A DNA stretch of 58,946 bases, the filler included, from Dugesia japonica (Eukaryota): assembly GCA_001938525.1 (NCBI GenBank). It is 5 parts of 5 records of this genome, joined end to end, with 100 filler letters (N's around TTAATTAATTAA, not from the genome) between each part and the next. Parts side by side here need not be neighbours in the genome. Positions count along the whole stretch, not along the records: positions 1 to 19,233 come from MQRL01611244.1; positions 19,334 to 31,672 come from MQRL01606499.1; 3 more parts are not named here. One strand, given 5' to 3'. A program made the translations under genes and the position numbers. Shown in pieces: positions 10,680-22,626 of the stretch (its first letter is position 1; each line of letters starts with the position of its first letter). The notes beneath the pieces were generated by a model. The model was not told the DNA's origin. It did not search any database and saw only the letters and a list, made by a program, of their open reading frames with translations.

Positions 10680-12945
10680 GAACTAAGAAATTAAACCATT
10701 AATCGCAGTTATTAACCCATGATTTAATCCCCTACAAAGAATAGCTGCTACTGTCTGTTATTATTAATATNNNNNNNNNNNNNNNNNNNNNNNNNNNNNN
10801 NNNNNNNNNNNNNNNNNNNNNNNNCATAATAACCTTATTAGGAAAAATAATAATAGTTATCACACCAATAACAATGGTTTTAATAGTAATAATAATATAT
10901 TTGATTATAATAATGATAATCCTAAACCGTACAACGAGTAATTATCAAACTTTTACTAAAATGATGGTGATGATAATCTTCAGACTGATGCTAATATTAG
11001 ACTAAAATTATACTAATAAATGCGGTAATAATACCTTTCACTAATCTGATGAGAAAAGTAGTCCAGTAATGCTAAGGCAATAATAACAGGTACTCCTTTT
11101 ATTAATAACAATCACTATAATGATAGTAGTAATACTAAACTTAATAATTCTAATAATAATAATACTAATAATAATAGTAATAATAACATTAATGATAATA
11201 ACAATAATTATATTGGTATCATCTTTTGCTAAAGTTATCAAAATTGTGAGGGATGATGAATTTTCGTCTTTTCCCTTGTAACAAAAAATCATACTTTTTT
11301 AGTGGAGTAAATTTTAATAAATTAGACAAAATTAATTTTTTAAATGATCGCGGAGTGGAGTTGCCTAGCACCACAAAAAACAATGTAGTGGCTAGTATTA
11401 CACACAAGAATTGAATGATAGTAGGTGTGTATGCAAAAGATGAATTATTTTTCTATCTAATCGATTGATTTCAATCGGATTGCTATGGCGAAATTATCCA
11501 CTACGGCAACTCAAGTCGCTATAATGAGTGTCTGATTGTTTATATCTATAGGGAATTTGGGGGAATGACTCAGGCTCATAGTCGGATTAAATTTACTAAG
11601 TCCTTCAATTTTGTAGATCCTGCGATCGAGAATATGATACATAAATAAATTGATTTGACTAAAAATTAAAAACCTCATTTCATTGATAATAAAATATTTT
11701 CATATTAAAATAATAATTAGAGTTAAAATTCCATATCATTAAGCTTTAATTTTGTATTAATTCACTATAACATAACAGAACACTTACTATAAAATTTTCG
11801 ATAAGATTTCTGCAACGGTTGCTACCAATAAAAGGNNNAATGAACAATTTTTTGGTAATTGATAACGAAAGTCCCAACTTCTGCTGTTTTATTAAAATTG
11901 AAATCAGCTCAAGATTTAATGAATAGAATTACTTTGATGCGCGATAACTGATCACGTTGATTTCCAATTGTTTTTATCGTAGTAAAATTCTGCCGAGAGT
12001 TTTCCTTTTTGAGAAATAACGAATATGCGGTTTTGACGTTTGGATTGTTTATTAATTTTAAGAGAGATTTAGTAGTGTTTTTTGTGTGTGTTTCTGCTAA
12101 TTTCATGATTCCTTATATATGACTTTTCCTTGCACCCCAACTTCTTTCATATTCGTTGGTTATCTTTAACTAGAATTTTCGACTTCCTATTGGTTCTAGT
12201 GCCAATTTTCTAAAGAATATTTGGAGTTTTAGCGTTCCAATTGGCGGTTATTTTTAAAACCTCATGTGACCGATTGTGCTTTGTCTTATTTTTATTTTCA
12301 GGTTCCTTATTGGCTCAATCTTGAAATCCCTGCAGCAACCTTCTGGATGGTGGTAAGATTTTCTTCTTAACAAATTCTAATGCTTCTTACTATTTTCTTT
12401 CTGGATTTTTTTACCCGAACTCTCTCTGATTTTCCTGAGCAAAGTTATTCGTGTAAAACGGATTTTTGANNNNNNNNNNNNNNNNNNNNNNNNNNNNNNN
12501 NNNNNNNNNNNTGGTAATTAATTATTTTCCCATAATGATTTTCTTGACTTTTTTTATTAATTTAATAATTCTTTTTAATTCTCAATATTGATGTATGCTA
12601 GTTTAATTACGCCCGGTTCTTCGTATCCATCTCCAATTTTATTTTATTCTTTTCTAATGGTTATTTTCATTATATCCTACCCAGATCTTAATTGCTTCTC
12701 CTTTTGCATTTCATTATTGGTAAATATAATGGCCCTACTGTTCTTCTTTGCTGATTTGGGTTTTTGGCCTTATTTTCCTTTTTTAACGGGTGTTTCACCC
12801 CAACATTTATAAAAAAAATAATTCCGCAAGAACACTATTTGAAGAAGTGAGAGCTTTTAAAATATTTTAATTGATCGAAAACTTGATTATTAAAAATTTT
12901 TATAATTATTTGTGAAGTAATTTTAATTAAATATAGTAATAATAT

Positions 12946-14060
12946 TGTTAGATTCCAAAAAGAGATAAAATCTTACTCCCAAGATTTATCTGATTTAACA
13001 ACTTTATCAACATTAACTGTAGTAATAAAAATATATGGAAAAAGAAATAAGCATAAAAAATATATTTAAATCACAAAATGATACTGTAACAAATATATAT
13101 AGCTTTTTTGAAATCAGTTATGCAATCATGTCTGAGCAATAAAATCATGCACACATTCAAACAGCCAACTACGCATTTACCTATTATCACATACATATGT
13201 CAATTTGAAAGGTAAATATGAAAATATTATATTATTCTTAGTCATATCTCACATTCCCCTCTTTTAAAGTGTTTTAACCATTCAATATTTCTTATTATTT
13301 TACCATTAATATGTTTAATTTAAAACTCCTATCACGTATTTTCTCTATAATTATTGCTGGTCCTTCATATCTGTTTTCATTTTTATGTAGACTTTCTATT
13401 TTAGTTAAAAATTCGTCACCAATATTAAATTTTTTACGTGTATTATTCTTTTCTAAGTTTTTGAAATTTTCATAGTTATTTAAATTGTTTATTATTTTTT
13501 ACGCTTTAGATTTCTTTCATTTACATTGTTTTTATCATTCCTAACTATCCATTCTTTGTGTATATTTTCCCCAAAAACTAATTCAGATTGAGATACATTC
13601 GTTGTTCTCTGAATTGTGGTGTTCAACATAAATTCTATTTCTGATAAAATAATGGCCCAGTCCTGCTTTTTCTTATCCTGTAAACTAATATGATGTCTTT
13701 ATCTTATTGTCTTTTAATTATTCAACTACTACTATGATGATATGGACTAGAGTATTGGATTTCACAATTAAATTCCTTGGCTAATTGTTGGAACAGATTT
13801 GATTCAAATGATTTTCCATGATCTGTATGTATTATTCTCGGTGCACCATATTTCAAAATCCAACTATTTTTAATATTTTCATCATGATGTGCAACTGCAT
13901 TGAGAGATATAAATCCAATGAATTTATCAATTATAGCTAAAATGTATTGTTTTTCATATAAAGTTTTCTTTAAACTACCACAAAAATCAATATGAATGAT
14001 TTCAAAGATGTCATCAGCTGGATTTATTTGTTTTTATTTAAAAAATCTTCCTAATGATGC
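12946..14060 (-). mobile_element. Ty3/Gypsy 3' fragment: integrase, polypurine tract and 3' LTR
   Basis: Minus strand IHIDFCG..YILAIIDKF..WILKYGAPRIIHTDHGKSFES..SSPYHH..RYEGPAII. PPT AAAAGAGGGGAA (13254-13265) is followed by TGTGAG (LTR start 13253). The LTR probably ends ..TAACA at 12946. Confidence 0.8.
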
Positions 14061-15104
14061 AAGTTGAGTGAATTGTTTACTAATTTTTTAATGATCATAA
14101 AAAGATGAAAATTTTTTATTTGGATCATGAATTAAGAATATGTTGAAATTGGTTGAAATAATTTCAAAATTTGATTGGAAAATGTCAAAATGTGCTGAAA
14201 TAATGTAGAAACACCTGTAATAAGAAAAATAATTTGATTGTAGAGATTACTTGAGCTAGAAAGCTCTTATTCAAGTTAGGAAAGGTAAAAGGTATTATTA
14301 TATTATACTGATGTTTGCTAAGAAACTCTTATTATAGGCCTACGTATTTCAAACCGAGAAAATGGACCAGATTTATATTTTAAAAGACTGAAATTAATAA
14401 TTACTGATAGGCTAAGTAAAACTGTAGTCAGTAAATTTTTTATTAAAATATAAGTTGGCTACAAGTCAAATATCTTTTAGTCACTGCTATTTTACATGGC
14501 AGTTATTTTACATTAATTTCCAAAAAAATACGGCCAGTTTTTATTTAAAAATATTTATTATTCATAAATTAAAATAAAAATAATATGATAACAATTTTAA
14601 ATAATTAACGGGAATTTAAAAAAGTATTATTTTTCCATGATTTTTTGATTGGTTAAATAATAATAAAAACCTTTTAAATTAAGTATTTATTTTTACTTTA
14701 AATTAAATAACATCAAAAATAATACACCCAGTCATTGAATTAAATAAATTAATATTTGAACTTAATAATTATAATAATTAAATTAATTTGATTGTGATAA
14801 AATGACGATCTATTTCATGAGAAATTTAATGCGTTAATGTCAAGTGGAATGAAACTGTGAAATTTACTATTATATTACACAAAATTGTGGATTTTGGACA
14901 AATCGTAAAATGCATTAAAACGGTAATTTCACTATTTTTCTTTAATATTTATATATTAAATTTAAATAAATAATTCAATTACTTTTTTTATTAATTTAAA
15001 AATTCTGTTGTTAGCGGTTTCTCTTGTAATTAAGAATATAATATATATCACAATGATAATAAGAATAGTAATAATGCATGTTAATGTCTTTATTATTCAT
15101 ATTT

Positions 15105-15660
15105 TTAATGGTGTTCCACCTTACCCACAGGTATTTGTCCGGTTGTCATTTAACTGGTTCTCTCGGTAGCGTCAGTGAGTCCTCTTGAAGGAGTGCAGGC
15201 GTCTACTTATTTACTTCGGATTCATTGTACTGACTGGAAGGATATATCAAAAAGCCATTTACCATTACCTGTGTGGCCTGTTTTAGATGAGTTTGTGACA
15301 GATTTTTATACGTACATCAGTAACTGTGAATAGTTAAAGGAATAACCGTGGAATGGTTTTGTCAATAACTTTTCCGTGGTTAGCCATAAATCGAGAATCT
15401 CTGTTGATATTATTTTCCTGGGAATATTTTATTGGAAGAATGCTAATATCTACACCCGAGTTGACCAGGAATTCATACTTGAGTTTCTATGTTAAAACTA
15501 GAATTGCAATTATTGATTTAATGGATTGAGATCCGTTGACTTTTCCTACTTTTCAAACCCTATTAATTTCTTTCCTAAAGCTTCTTTCACGTTTTAACTT
15601 TGATAATCGAATTTTCCATAATTCATTTTATTGAAAATTTCTTGCTTAGCATTTTTTCTA
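15105..15660 (-). mobile_element. Retroelement fragment with degenerate retropepsin
   Basis: Minus strand YEFLVNSGVDISILPIKIF resembles the FLVDSGADISILP active-site motif of Gypsy proteases. Flanks are decayed. Confidence 0.5.
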
Positions 15661-16602
15661 CCAATTCTGAATTTTTTTGTAATCAAATGAACTTAAAAAT
15701 TATTAATTTATTTCTTTCTGAATAATTTATTCATTAAATAATTAAAGTAATATAAAAGATAAAATTAATAAATCGAAAGTAATGAAATAAATTTCAAAAT
15801 ATTAACACGTTAAAATATTTAAAAATTTTAGCAAAAATGAGTTAAATATAAAANAATAAAATTAATGAAGTTAAAATAAGATTTTTAAAAAATTTTTTAT
15901 TTAAAAAATACTTTAAGTTAAAGTTGAGTCTCAAATTGTTTAGCTTATTTTATCTTTCACTATTTAGTAAATATTTCAATGATTTATAAACTTTTCAATT
16001 AAACGGTGAGCGTCATTGACTCACTTAACAGTGTGCATTCATTAAAATCAGTGAATTTAAACAAAATATATTTAAATTTTCAACATATTTTATTTGATGA
16101 TTTTCTGAATGTAATACTACAAAAATAGAATGTCACATTGTTTAAATGTTATTTTTGTTTTTACCAACAAATGTACGCGCTTTAAATTTCCTAAATTATC
16201 AAGTGATTCAATCTAGTTCATTTTAGATTACATTTTTTTTTAATAAATTAAAATATCAATTGTCAGTTATCTGCGATCAAAAAATCAATTATAATTTAAT
16301 TATTATTTTTTAGGGAGTAATATAGTGATTAGTATTAAATTAATTTTTGTATGTTACGTAAACATAAATTACGGTGGTAAATAAAATAAAAATACATACA
16401 AAATAAAGTATGTTATCAAAAATTAAAGTAATATTTTGGCGGTAGATCAGATCGCGATAAATAGGGGTTTCGCTGTACTGTCATTTTAAAAAGTCATTTT
16501 TCAATATTAAAGGAATTTTTAAAAAATAATGTACAAGAAATACATTTTTATAATGGAGATTATCAATTTTTACAAAAGAAACCTCTTTTTAATGTATATT
16601 AT

Positions 16603-16783
16603 TGTTGGGGTTCTATCTGAGTTTGGTCACAAATAACGTGACTGGGGAAAAAACAGCCCTCAGGAGACCCCTTCAAGAATTTAACCTAACGTCCGTAAGT
16701 TAGGCATTCAGTATGTGGTGGTTGACCTCTCGCTTAATGGGAGGTACGCGCCCATATACCTTTAAATTTGGGTTCACTATTTA
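16603..16783 (+). ncRNA. Conserved multi-stem terminal structure of the cargo element (copy 2)
   Basis: GGGG.TCT.TCTGAG/CTCAGG.AGA.CCCC, CCTAAC/GTTAGG (16685-16690/16699-16704), and GTATGTGG/CCATATAC enclosing ACCTC/GAGGT. Confidence 0.5.
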
Positions 16784-16841
16784 CCCTATTGTCATTACTA
16801 TATTAGATACTTTAACACGAAAAACTTTATTTCATATGAAA

Positions 16842-17224
16842 CTAGAGAAGACCTAATACACCAGGGTCTAGCCACTGGCCTGGATTCGTCTTTAAAAAGT
16901 TAAAAGAATCTATGTCATCCTCATCATTCCATTGTATCCACGTGGGATTACCCATCTGGCGGGAAAGGTCGGATATATACTGTTTAAGAAACTCAATCTT
17001 CCTCTGAAGCAATAATTTATTCTCATCTTCCAAAGTCTTGGTCTGTACCGCCAGGTCGTGCTGTTTTTTCACGATCTGATCGAGTTTCTTAATCAGACGA
17101 TCTCGCTGGTCCAGAAGCTTAATTAGTGCTCTATCGGTTTTCCGTTTTAACTGACGCTCTAAAAGCAGATGGCGCATTATGCGATGGCACCTTCGCAAGC
17201 TGCTCGGAAAATTAATGCGGGGTA
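16842..17224 (-). CDS. Orphan ORF-D (coiled-coil protein, ~110-127 aa), copy 2 only
   Basis: Open frame from an AG acceptor at 17225-17226 to the stop at 16842. Heptad-like Leu/Ile spacing (LIKLLDQRDRLIKKLDQIVKKQHDLAVQTKTLEDENKLLLQRKIEFLKQYISDL). AATAAA at 16826-16831. Confidence 0.6.
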
Positions 17225-17306
17225 CTAAAAGAAATACCTNNNNNNNNNNNNNNNNNNNNNNNNNNNNNNNNAAAAAAATTTAGTTATGGCCAAACATTTA
17301 TTGGTA

Positions 17307-17665
17307 TCAGGAACGTGGGGTCTGGCTACTATTGTCAACTATTAGTGGTTCAAGAGGCATGGCAGCCTTTAGGTTGTGAATGTCTTGTACCAATTTATTT
17401 TCACAGTCATGGTAGGACCGGATCATCTCTGTTAACGATTCGAGTTGAGCCTTACAGACTCTTTCTTGCTTATGGGACGCCTCGGCTTCTGACTTGAAGG
17501 TCATTTACTTCCACTTATAACGCCTAACCTTGGCATAAGCGTTTGCAACCTCAGCTTCCCAGCTTAACTTCGCTAACTTATACAGGTCCCAAGTTTCTAG
17601 GTTTCGTCACTGGAAGCTCTCACTTTCTTGGTTGGGGCCTGAACTCGGTTTAAAGATGATTGCAC
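17307..17665 (-). pseudogene. Orphan ORF-C, copy 2 (disrupted)
   Basis: APTKKVRASSD..ETWDLYKLAKLSWEAEVANAYAKVRRYKWK*MTFKSEAEASHKQER..HDCENKLVQDI..PLE. One frameshift, one stop, and the acceptor AG appears mutated to TG. Confidence 0.6.
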
Positions 17666-17843
17666 AAAAAGAAGTGAAAATTAATCAAATACTATGAGCT
17701 AAAATATCGATTTCTCACGACCGATGCTGTCGGGATACATTTACAAATCATCCCTAATAAAAAATGATTTTTACACAAAAAAAATATGATGTAATCAATC
17801 TGGAGACAACGAGATATTTTATTACAACTAAACAGATAAGTCC

Positions 17844-18190
17844 CTAATGTGAAGTCGATAAATCAGTCATGGGTGCGGCATTCTCCGAATCCTCGCTACC
17901 CGAGGGTTCTCTTACTCTCCAAAGCAGATTATTGATAAATGCCTGTATGGCGGGGGCTGGGCTGAAGGTTTATATTGAAATGTCGTAGCAAGGGCTCGAT
18001 CGGGACCCGTCCAACTTTGATGATTACGACGCTCCCCAAAATCCTGTATCCGGGCTACGATGGCTTCCACTGGGGGTAGATTTGACCTATCGGCCAAGAT
18101 GCCTGCGTCACGATTGTGGGGATGAAGATGACGTCTGAAGATCACTCGACGAGTTCGTCTGTCGATTACCCGCTTCCATATAGACTCCAT
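17844..18190 (-). CDS. Orphan ORF-B, copy 2 (one frameshift near 17950)
   Basis: Track ORF 17912-18190. Changing frame near the G run at ~17952-17956 restores IQAFINNLLWRVREPSGSEDSENAAP..SH*, matching copy 1 VQAFISNLLWGVREPFCVSDVENTAP. Confidence 0.75.
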
Positions 18191-18356
18191 TCTGCAATAG
18201 AAATTGATTTAAAAGCGCAAAGTATAGATAGATATTTATAAAATTTTAAATAAAGGANNNNNNNNNNNNNNNNNNNNNNNNNNNNNNNNNNNNNNNNNNN
18301 NNNNNNNAACAAGGCTATATTTTATTTCAATTATCAATGTTTTATCAAAGCACATG

Positions 18357-18539
18357 TTACTTCCGTTCGGTATGAGTTTTTTCTGGCAAGGGGAACAGCT
18401 CGACGAAACATTGTAGATCGGTTTCGTCGGGGTTCTCCACTAACTCCGGAAATAAGGAGTGGCCGATAAGCTGTCGGAGTCGCGTGCGTTTCCGCGGCTT
18501 CAAAATGATACTCAGGGCCTTCGTTAAATCACTTGGCAT
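18357..18539 (-). CDS. Orphan ORF-A, copy 2 (60 aa), intact
   Basis: Homologue of 10497-10679. TTAG lies 3 nt before the ATG; AATAAA at 18321-18326. Confidence 0.75.
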   Translation of the reverse strand: MPSDLTKALSIILKPRKRTRLRQLIGHSLFPELVENPDETDLQCFVELFPLPEKTHTERK

Positions 18540-19233
18540 ATTCTAAATAATAAGAAATTAACTCTAGGTCGACTCAACATAATTATGGGCCTATCGATTT
18601 AAAGCTAAGTTTAGTGAGGTAATTCAACGGACGGGTCACAATTTCTGAGAGGTAACCTCATTTAATACAAAAATTTAGCCCAGCGCAGGATTCAATGCCT
18701 GGCCTAGCAAAGTTGTGGACAGTGATAATCCCGTTATTAATTATCAATGACCTGTAGGGGTAGTGGTGCTAATCGTAATTCTCTCAACAGTAATGTCCCT
18801 TGATGAGAATTCACAAAGTTAACAATAACACCTAAATTAATCGGAACAATGATAAAGTTAGTAATAACATTAAATGTGAGTAGGATAGGGTTATTGATGA
18901 CTAATAAGTATAATAGTAATTATAATAATAAAAGTCGTCATAATAAGATAAGGTGATACTAATGAACCAAATCATTAACTTTAATGTGGAAATTGATAAT
19001 CCCCTGGGTCATATTTAGTAGAAATTGAGTCAGTATCGATGGCTTGGCCAACGTGGGGTGATAATCCTACTAAGTTAACCGAATATAAGGACCCCAATGT
19101 CCAGGATGCCTATGTGGTTGATAACTATTAATCGTGATGACAGACTTAGGATTCTTCCTTGTTTGTTAAGCCATAATAGAATTTCAAAGTTCGACATAAG
19201 GACATCACATTTTTATAGCAACACCCTAAAAAA

Positions 19234-19333
19234 NNNNNNNNNNNNNNNNNNNNNNNNNNNNNNNNNNNNNNNNNNNNTTAATTAATTAANNNNNNNNNNN
19301 NNNNNNNNNNNNNNNNNNNNNNNNNNNNNNNNN
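19234..19333. other. Artificial contig-joining spacer
   Basis: 44 N + TTAATTAATTAA + 44 N = 100 bp. The motif has stops in all six frames and is identical at four places. Confidence 0.95.
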
Positions 19334-20499
19334 TATAATCTTAAGTTAAATTGTTTTCAAATTTTTAAAAAAATATTCAAAGCTGAAATCTCGAAAAATT
19401 TGCCTATGTAAGTAATTTGTCTTACAGTACTATTATTAGTAAAATCTTTTTTTAACTTTAGAAAAAAAGAAGAATTTGACTTGATTTGACAAATTCTTGA
19501 CCTTGTGTTTCGTTTCTTGTCACTACTTAGTTGTCTTAAGATTTAAGAAAATTGAGCTTTCTAGATGAACAATATATCAAGACTTTTTTAAAACTTATTA
19601 GACATTACAACAAAACAATATTTTACGTTTTCATCGACTTTAGCTAAACGTTTTTCATCAAAAAAATCATTATTTCATTGGAGAAATTAGTTCCTTTTCC
19701 ATGTTCCTTTTTGGCAATATACCATTTTTTATGAGTCTGATTTTAATGAACTCTTTGATATGATATGGATTTTCAATGAATTGCAATTTTAAAAGTAAGA
19801 ATTGAAATTTGTTTGATTATCATGTCATTAGATGCACTTAGATTTTTCAATTAATACTTTCAATNNNNNNNNNNNNNNNNNNNNNNNNNNNNNNNNNNNN
19901 NNNNNNNNNNNNNNACTTATTAGACATTACAACAAAACAATATTTTACGTTTTCATCGACTTTAGCTAAACGTTTTTCATCAAAAAAACTATTATTTCAT
20001 TGGAGAAATTAGTTCCTTTTCCATGTTACTTTTTGGCAATATACCATTTTTTATGAGTCTGATTTTAATGAACTTTTTGATATGATATGGATTTTCAATG
20101 AATTGCAATTTCAAAAGTAAGAATTGAAATTTGTTTGATTATCATGTCATTAGATGCACTTAGATTTTTCAATTANNNNNNNNNNNNNNNNNNNNNNNTT
20201 TATACCTTAGCTTTGGAGGTTCTCTGATTTCTTTTGTTTGATTGTTTAGTTCAGAAAATATTTAACGTTGATTTTAATTCTACTTACAAATAATTCCAAT
20301 AAAAGATTATTTATGTTTTCGTTTGGAAATTTATTTATTTTATATTAGTTTTCTTTTTTGCATTTTTCATTGTTTATATTATTTTTACTATGGTATCATT
20401 ATTATTTCATTTTACTTTTCATATTAATAGGCTGGAAATAACATAAGATTATTTTTATATTTTATTTTCTTGTTTTCATATTTTGCTTTTACTTTTCTG

Positions 20500-21494
20500 A
20501 CTTTTTTGGCTTTTAATTTGAAAAATTATTTACTTTTAAGTAATAGTAATTTTCAAAAATTCCCAACAATGAAAACACATAAATTAACTGTAAATCGTTT
20601 TTTCTCATGCTCTGTAGTTTTAATTCGAACTTCGGTGGCCCCTTTAGTTTCAACAGTATACCCTAATAGCATATCAAATTGAATAGATACTTCATCAAAA
20701 TTTCCGATTTGATTATCGGATAAATCCTTCTTCAACTCAGTGATGGTGCTTCTAAACTTGACTACCAGAGATTCCCAATTTTTAAATAATTGTTACTTGG
20801 TGGTGGGCCGTCGAACACCAATATTCATGCGATTCATTAAATTGTCAGCCCATTGAGAGCTCGCTGCAAATTTTTCAATCCTCATCTCTGTGACATTTAT
20901 TTGTGCCTGTAATTGAATTTTTAAAACTGATACTTAAAGTTCTCGTTCACGTTGCATTGACGTCCCTTTCGTGTAATCGTGTTCCCAATTTCAGATATCT
21001 AGCATTACCACCACGCAAAGCTCTACGGTTTGGATGCATTGCTTTGATTACAAGCTCTTTTGCGATCCACCGTCGAATCACAGTTTCGTTAATATCATAT
21101 CGACGCGCAACTTCATGAATGTTTCCTAATTGACGAACTAGATCAATAATTTCTTTTATCTTTGCTAAACTGAAGGATCTTCTCTGTTTCTTTTGTAATA
21201 ATTTATTATCGTTGACCATCTTTAATCAAGGATTAAAAAATCACACAAATTATTGCAGAGAATATAAACAACAGAATAAAAATTATTATTATGAATATTT
21301 CAATTGGTTTTTAATGAAAGGTTAATGATTGTAAAATAATAATAAATTTTTTAAATCTTTTTGTAACATTTCTCTACAGTGAAAATTGATAAAAATGAGT
21401 TTTTGCTAATTTTATTCCGACCAAATACAGTGCATCTCATATGGAAATCGTGCAGCTAATACGTGCTGCAGATTATACTCGGGATTTTACTGTA
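20500..21494 (-). mobile_element. pogo-family DNA transposon (Brinker-type DBD + CENP-B HTH + start of DDE), 3'-truncated
   Basis: TA-CAGTAAAATCCCGAGTATAA TIR at 21494. RRSFSLAKIKEII..HEVARRYDINETVIRRW; FAASSQW...MNR...VRRPTT; IGNFDEVSIQFDM..TVETKGATEVRIKTTEHEKKRFTVNL. Confidence 0.85.
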
Positions 21495-21524
21495 GTTTAT
21501 AATTGTGAGGTTGTTTTAAAAACC

Positions 21525-21995
21525 AGTGTAAGATAGGTTTTAAAAGCAGATTTAAAATTTTTGTATTTTGAAACGGAATTTATTAAATCAGATTTGTTAA
21601 ATATTTAAATTAAATCATTGAAATAATTTATTTTTGCACAGAAAGCGAACGAGAAATTTATAATTTGTGTTAAATATAAAATTTATAATTTGTGTTAAAT
21701 TTAAATTTTTAATTTACAATGTATATTAAAAAATTTATAATTTCTGATTTTTAACAAAATATATTTTTTATTGTATTTTTAAATTTTAAGTTATTAAAAT
21801 TTAAAATAAACTTACTAAATGGAATATTTTACAAAACGCTGATATTTGATATTTTTCGTTTCGAAATTGAAATTTTTAAATTTCTTTAAAAAAACAAATT
21901 TATATTCATAGTTTTGTTTTGTGAATAAATCTTTTATGGAAACGAGTTGTGAAATTAATTATCCGATGAGTACTTCAAACTCATCTAACAACCAG
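21525..21995 (+). repeat. Dispersed AT-rich repeat (also 39691-40151 on +, ~38860-39100 on -)
   Basis: Shared blocks AGTGTAAGATAG.TTTTAAAAGCA.ATTT, CTGATATTTGATATTTT and TAGTTTTGTTTTGTGAATAAATCTTTTATGGAAA. Confidence 0.7.
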
Positions 21996-22626
21996 ATTCA
22001 ATTTTTTGTCGTCTCAGTTGAAAGTTCATCTTATAATATTTTTCTTAATTACAATTAAATTGAAAATAATTGAAATTCAGTGGTTAAAAAATATAAATAA
22101 TGAATATTAACTTTTTAATTGGAATTTTGAAATCTATTTGGCTAATTTACAATTGTTAATTATTGTAAAATGATAAAATAATTTGCAAAAATGTGTCAAT
22201 TTAAATTTTATATTAAATTTATTTAATTTAAATGAATTAGTTTTTTTAATTTAATATTTAAAATGAACAATTTTATAATTTATATATTAGTTGAGTTCAA
22301 ATTAAATAATTTTATATGGAATATAAATATTTGATATATTTAGTGAATTATATTTTAAAATTTTACGGTAATAAATTTTAACAATAATAATTAATTAAAT
22401 TTGTTAGTGAAAACGCTCTTTGGTGTTTGAATATATAAATCATAATCATAAAGTTTTTTCAAATAGAAAATATAAATAAATTAAAACTATTATTTTCACA
22501 AATTAAACTTTTTTTTAATTTTTTATTTAAAATTTTTCATTTTCAATTTTTTGTTGATTATTTGTAGAGAAAAAACTTTAACAAATTATCTACTCTCCTA
22601 ATAAAATTAACTTTATTATTTTCTAG

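Larger units (their letters stand above)
9227..12805. mobile_element. Solo-LTR-like cargo element, copy 1 (3579 bp including N gaps), carrying orphan ORF cassettes
   Basis: Left end TGTTTGGGT and right end ACCCCAACA (8/9 inverted match). TTTA lies immediately on both sides (9223-9226, 12806-12809). Homologous to 16603-19233. Confidence 0.7.
16603..19233. mobile_element. Solo-LTR-like cargo element, copy 2 (diverged subfamily, truncated by contig end)
   Basis: Begins TGTTGGGGT, a 9/9 match to the reverse complement of the right end of copy 1. It has the same terminal 180 nt and the same ORF order C-B-A, plus an extra ORF-D. Confidence 0.75.

Noticed and set aside
9227-19233. Reading the two cargo copies as the 5' and 3' LTRs of one retrotransposon
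   Set aside because: They are far too diverged, copy 1 has its own TSD on both sides, and no PBS follows 12805. Independent insertions fit better.
19593-20175. Near-identical ~260-bp tandem duplication (19593-19853 / 19915-20175)
   Set aside because: The copies sit on either side of an N gap, typical of overlapping contig ends or allelic haplotypes.
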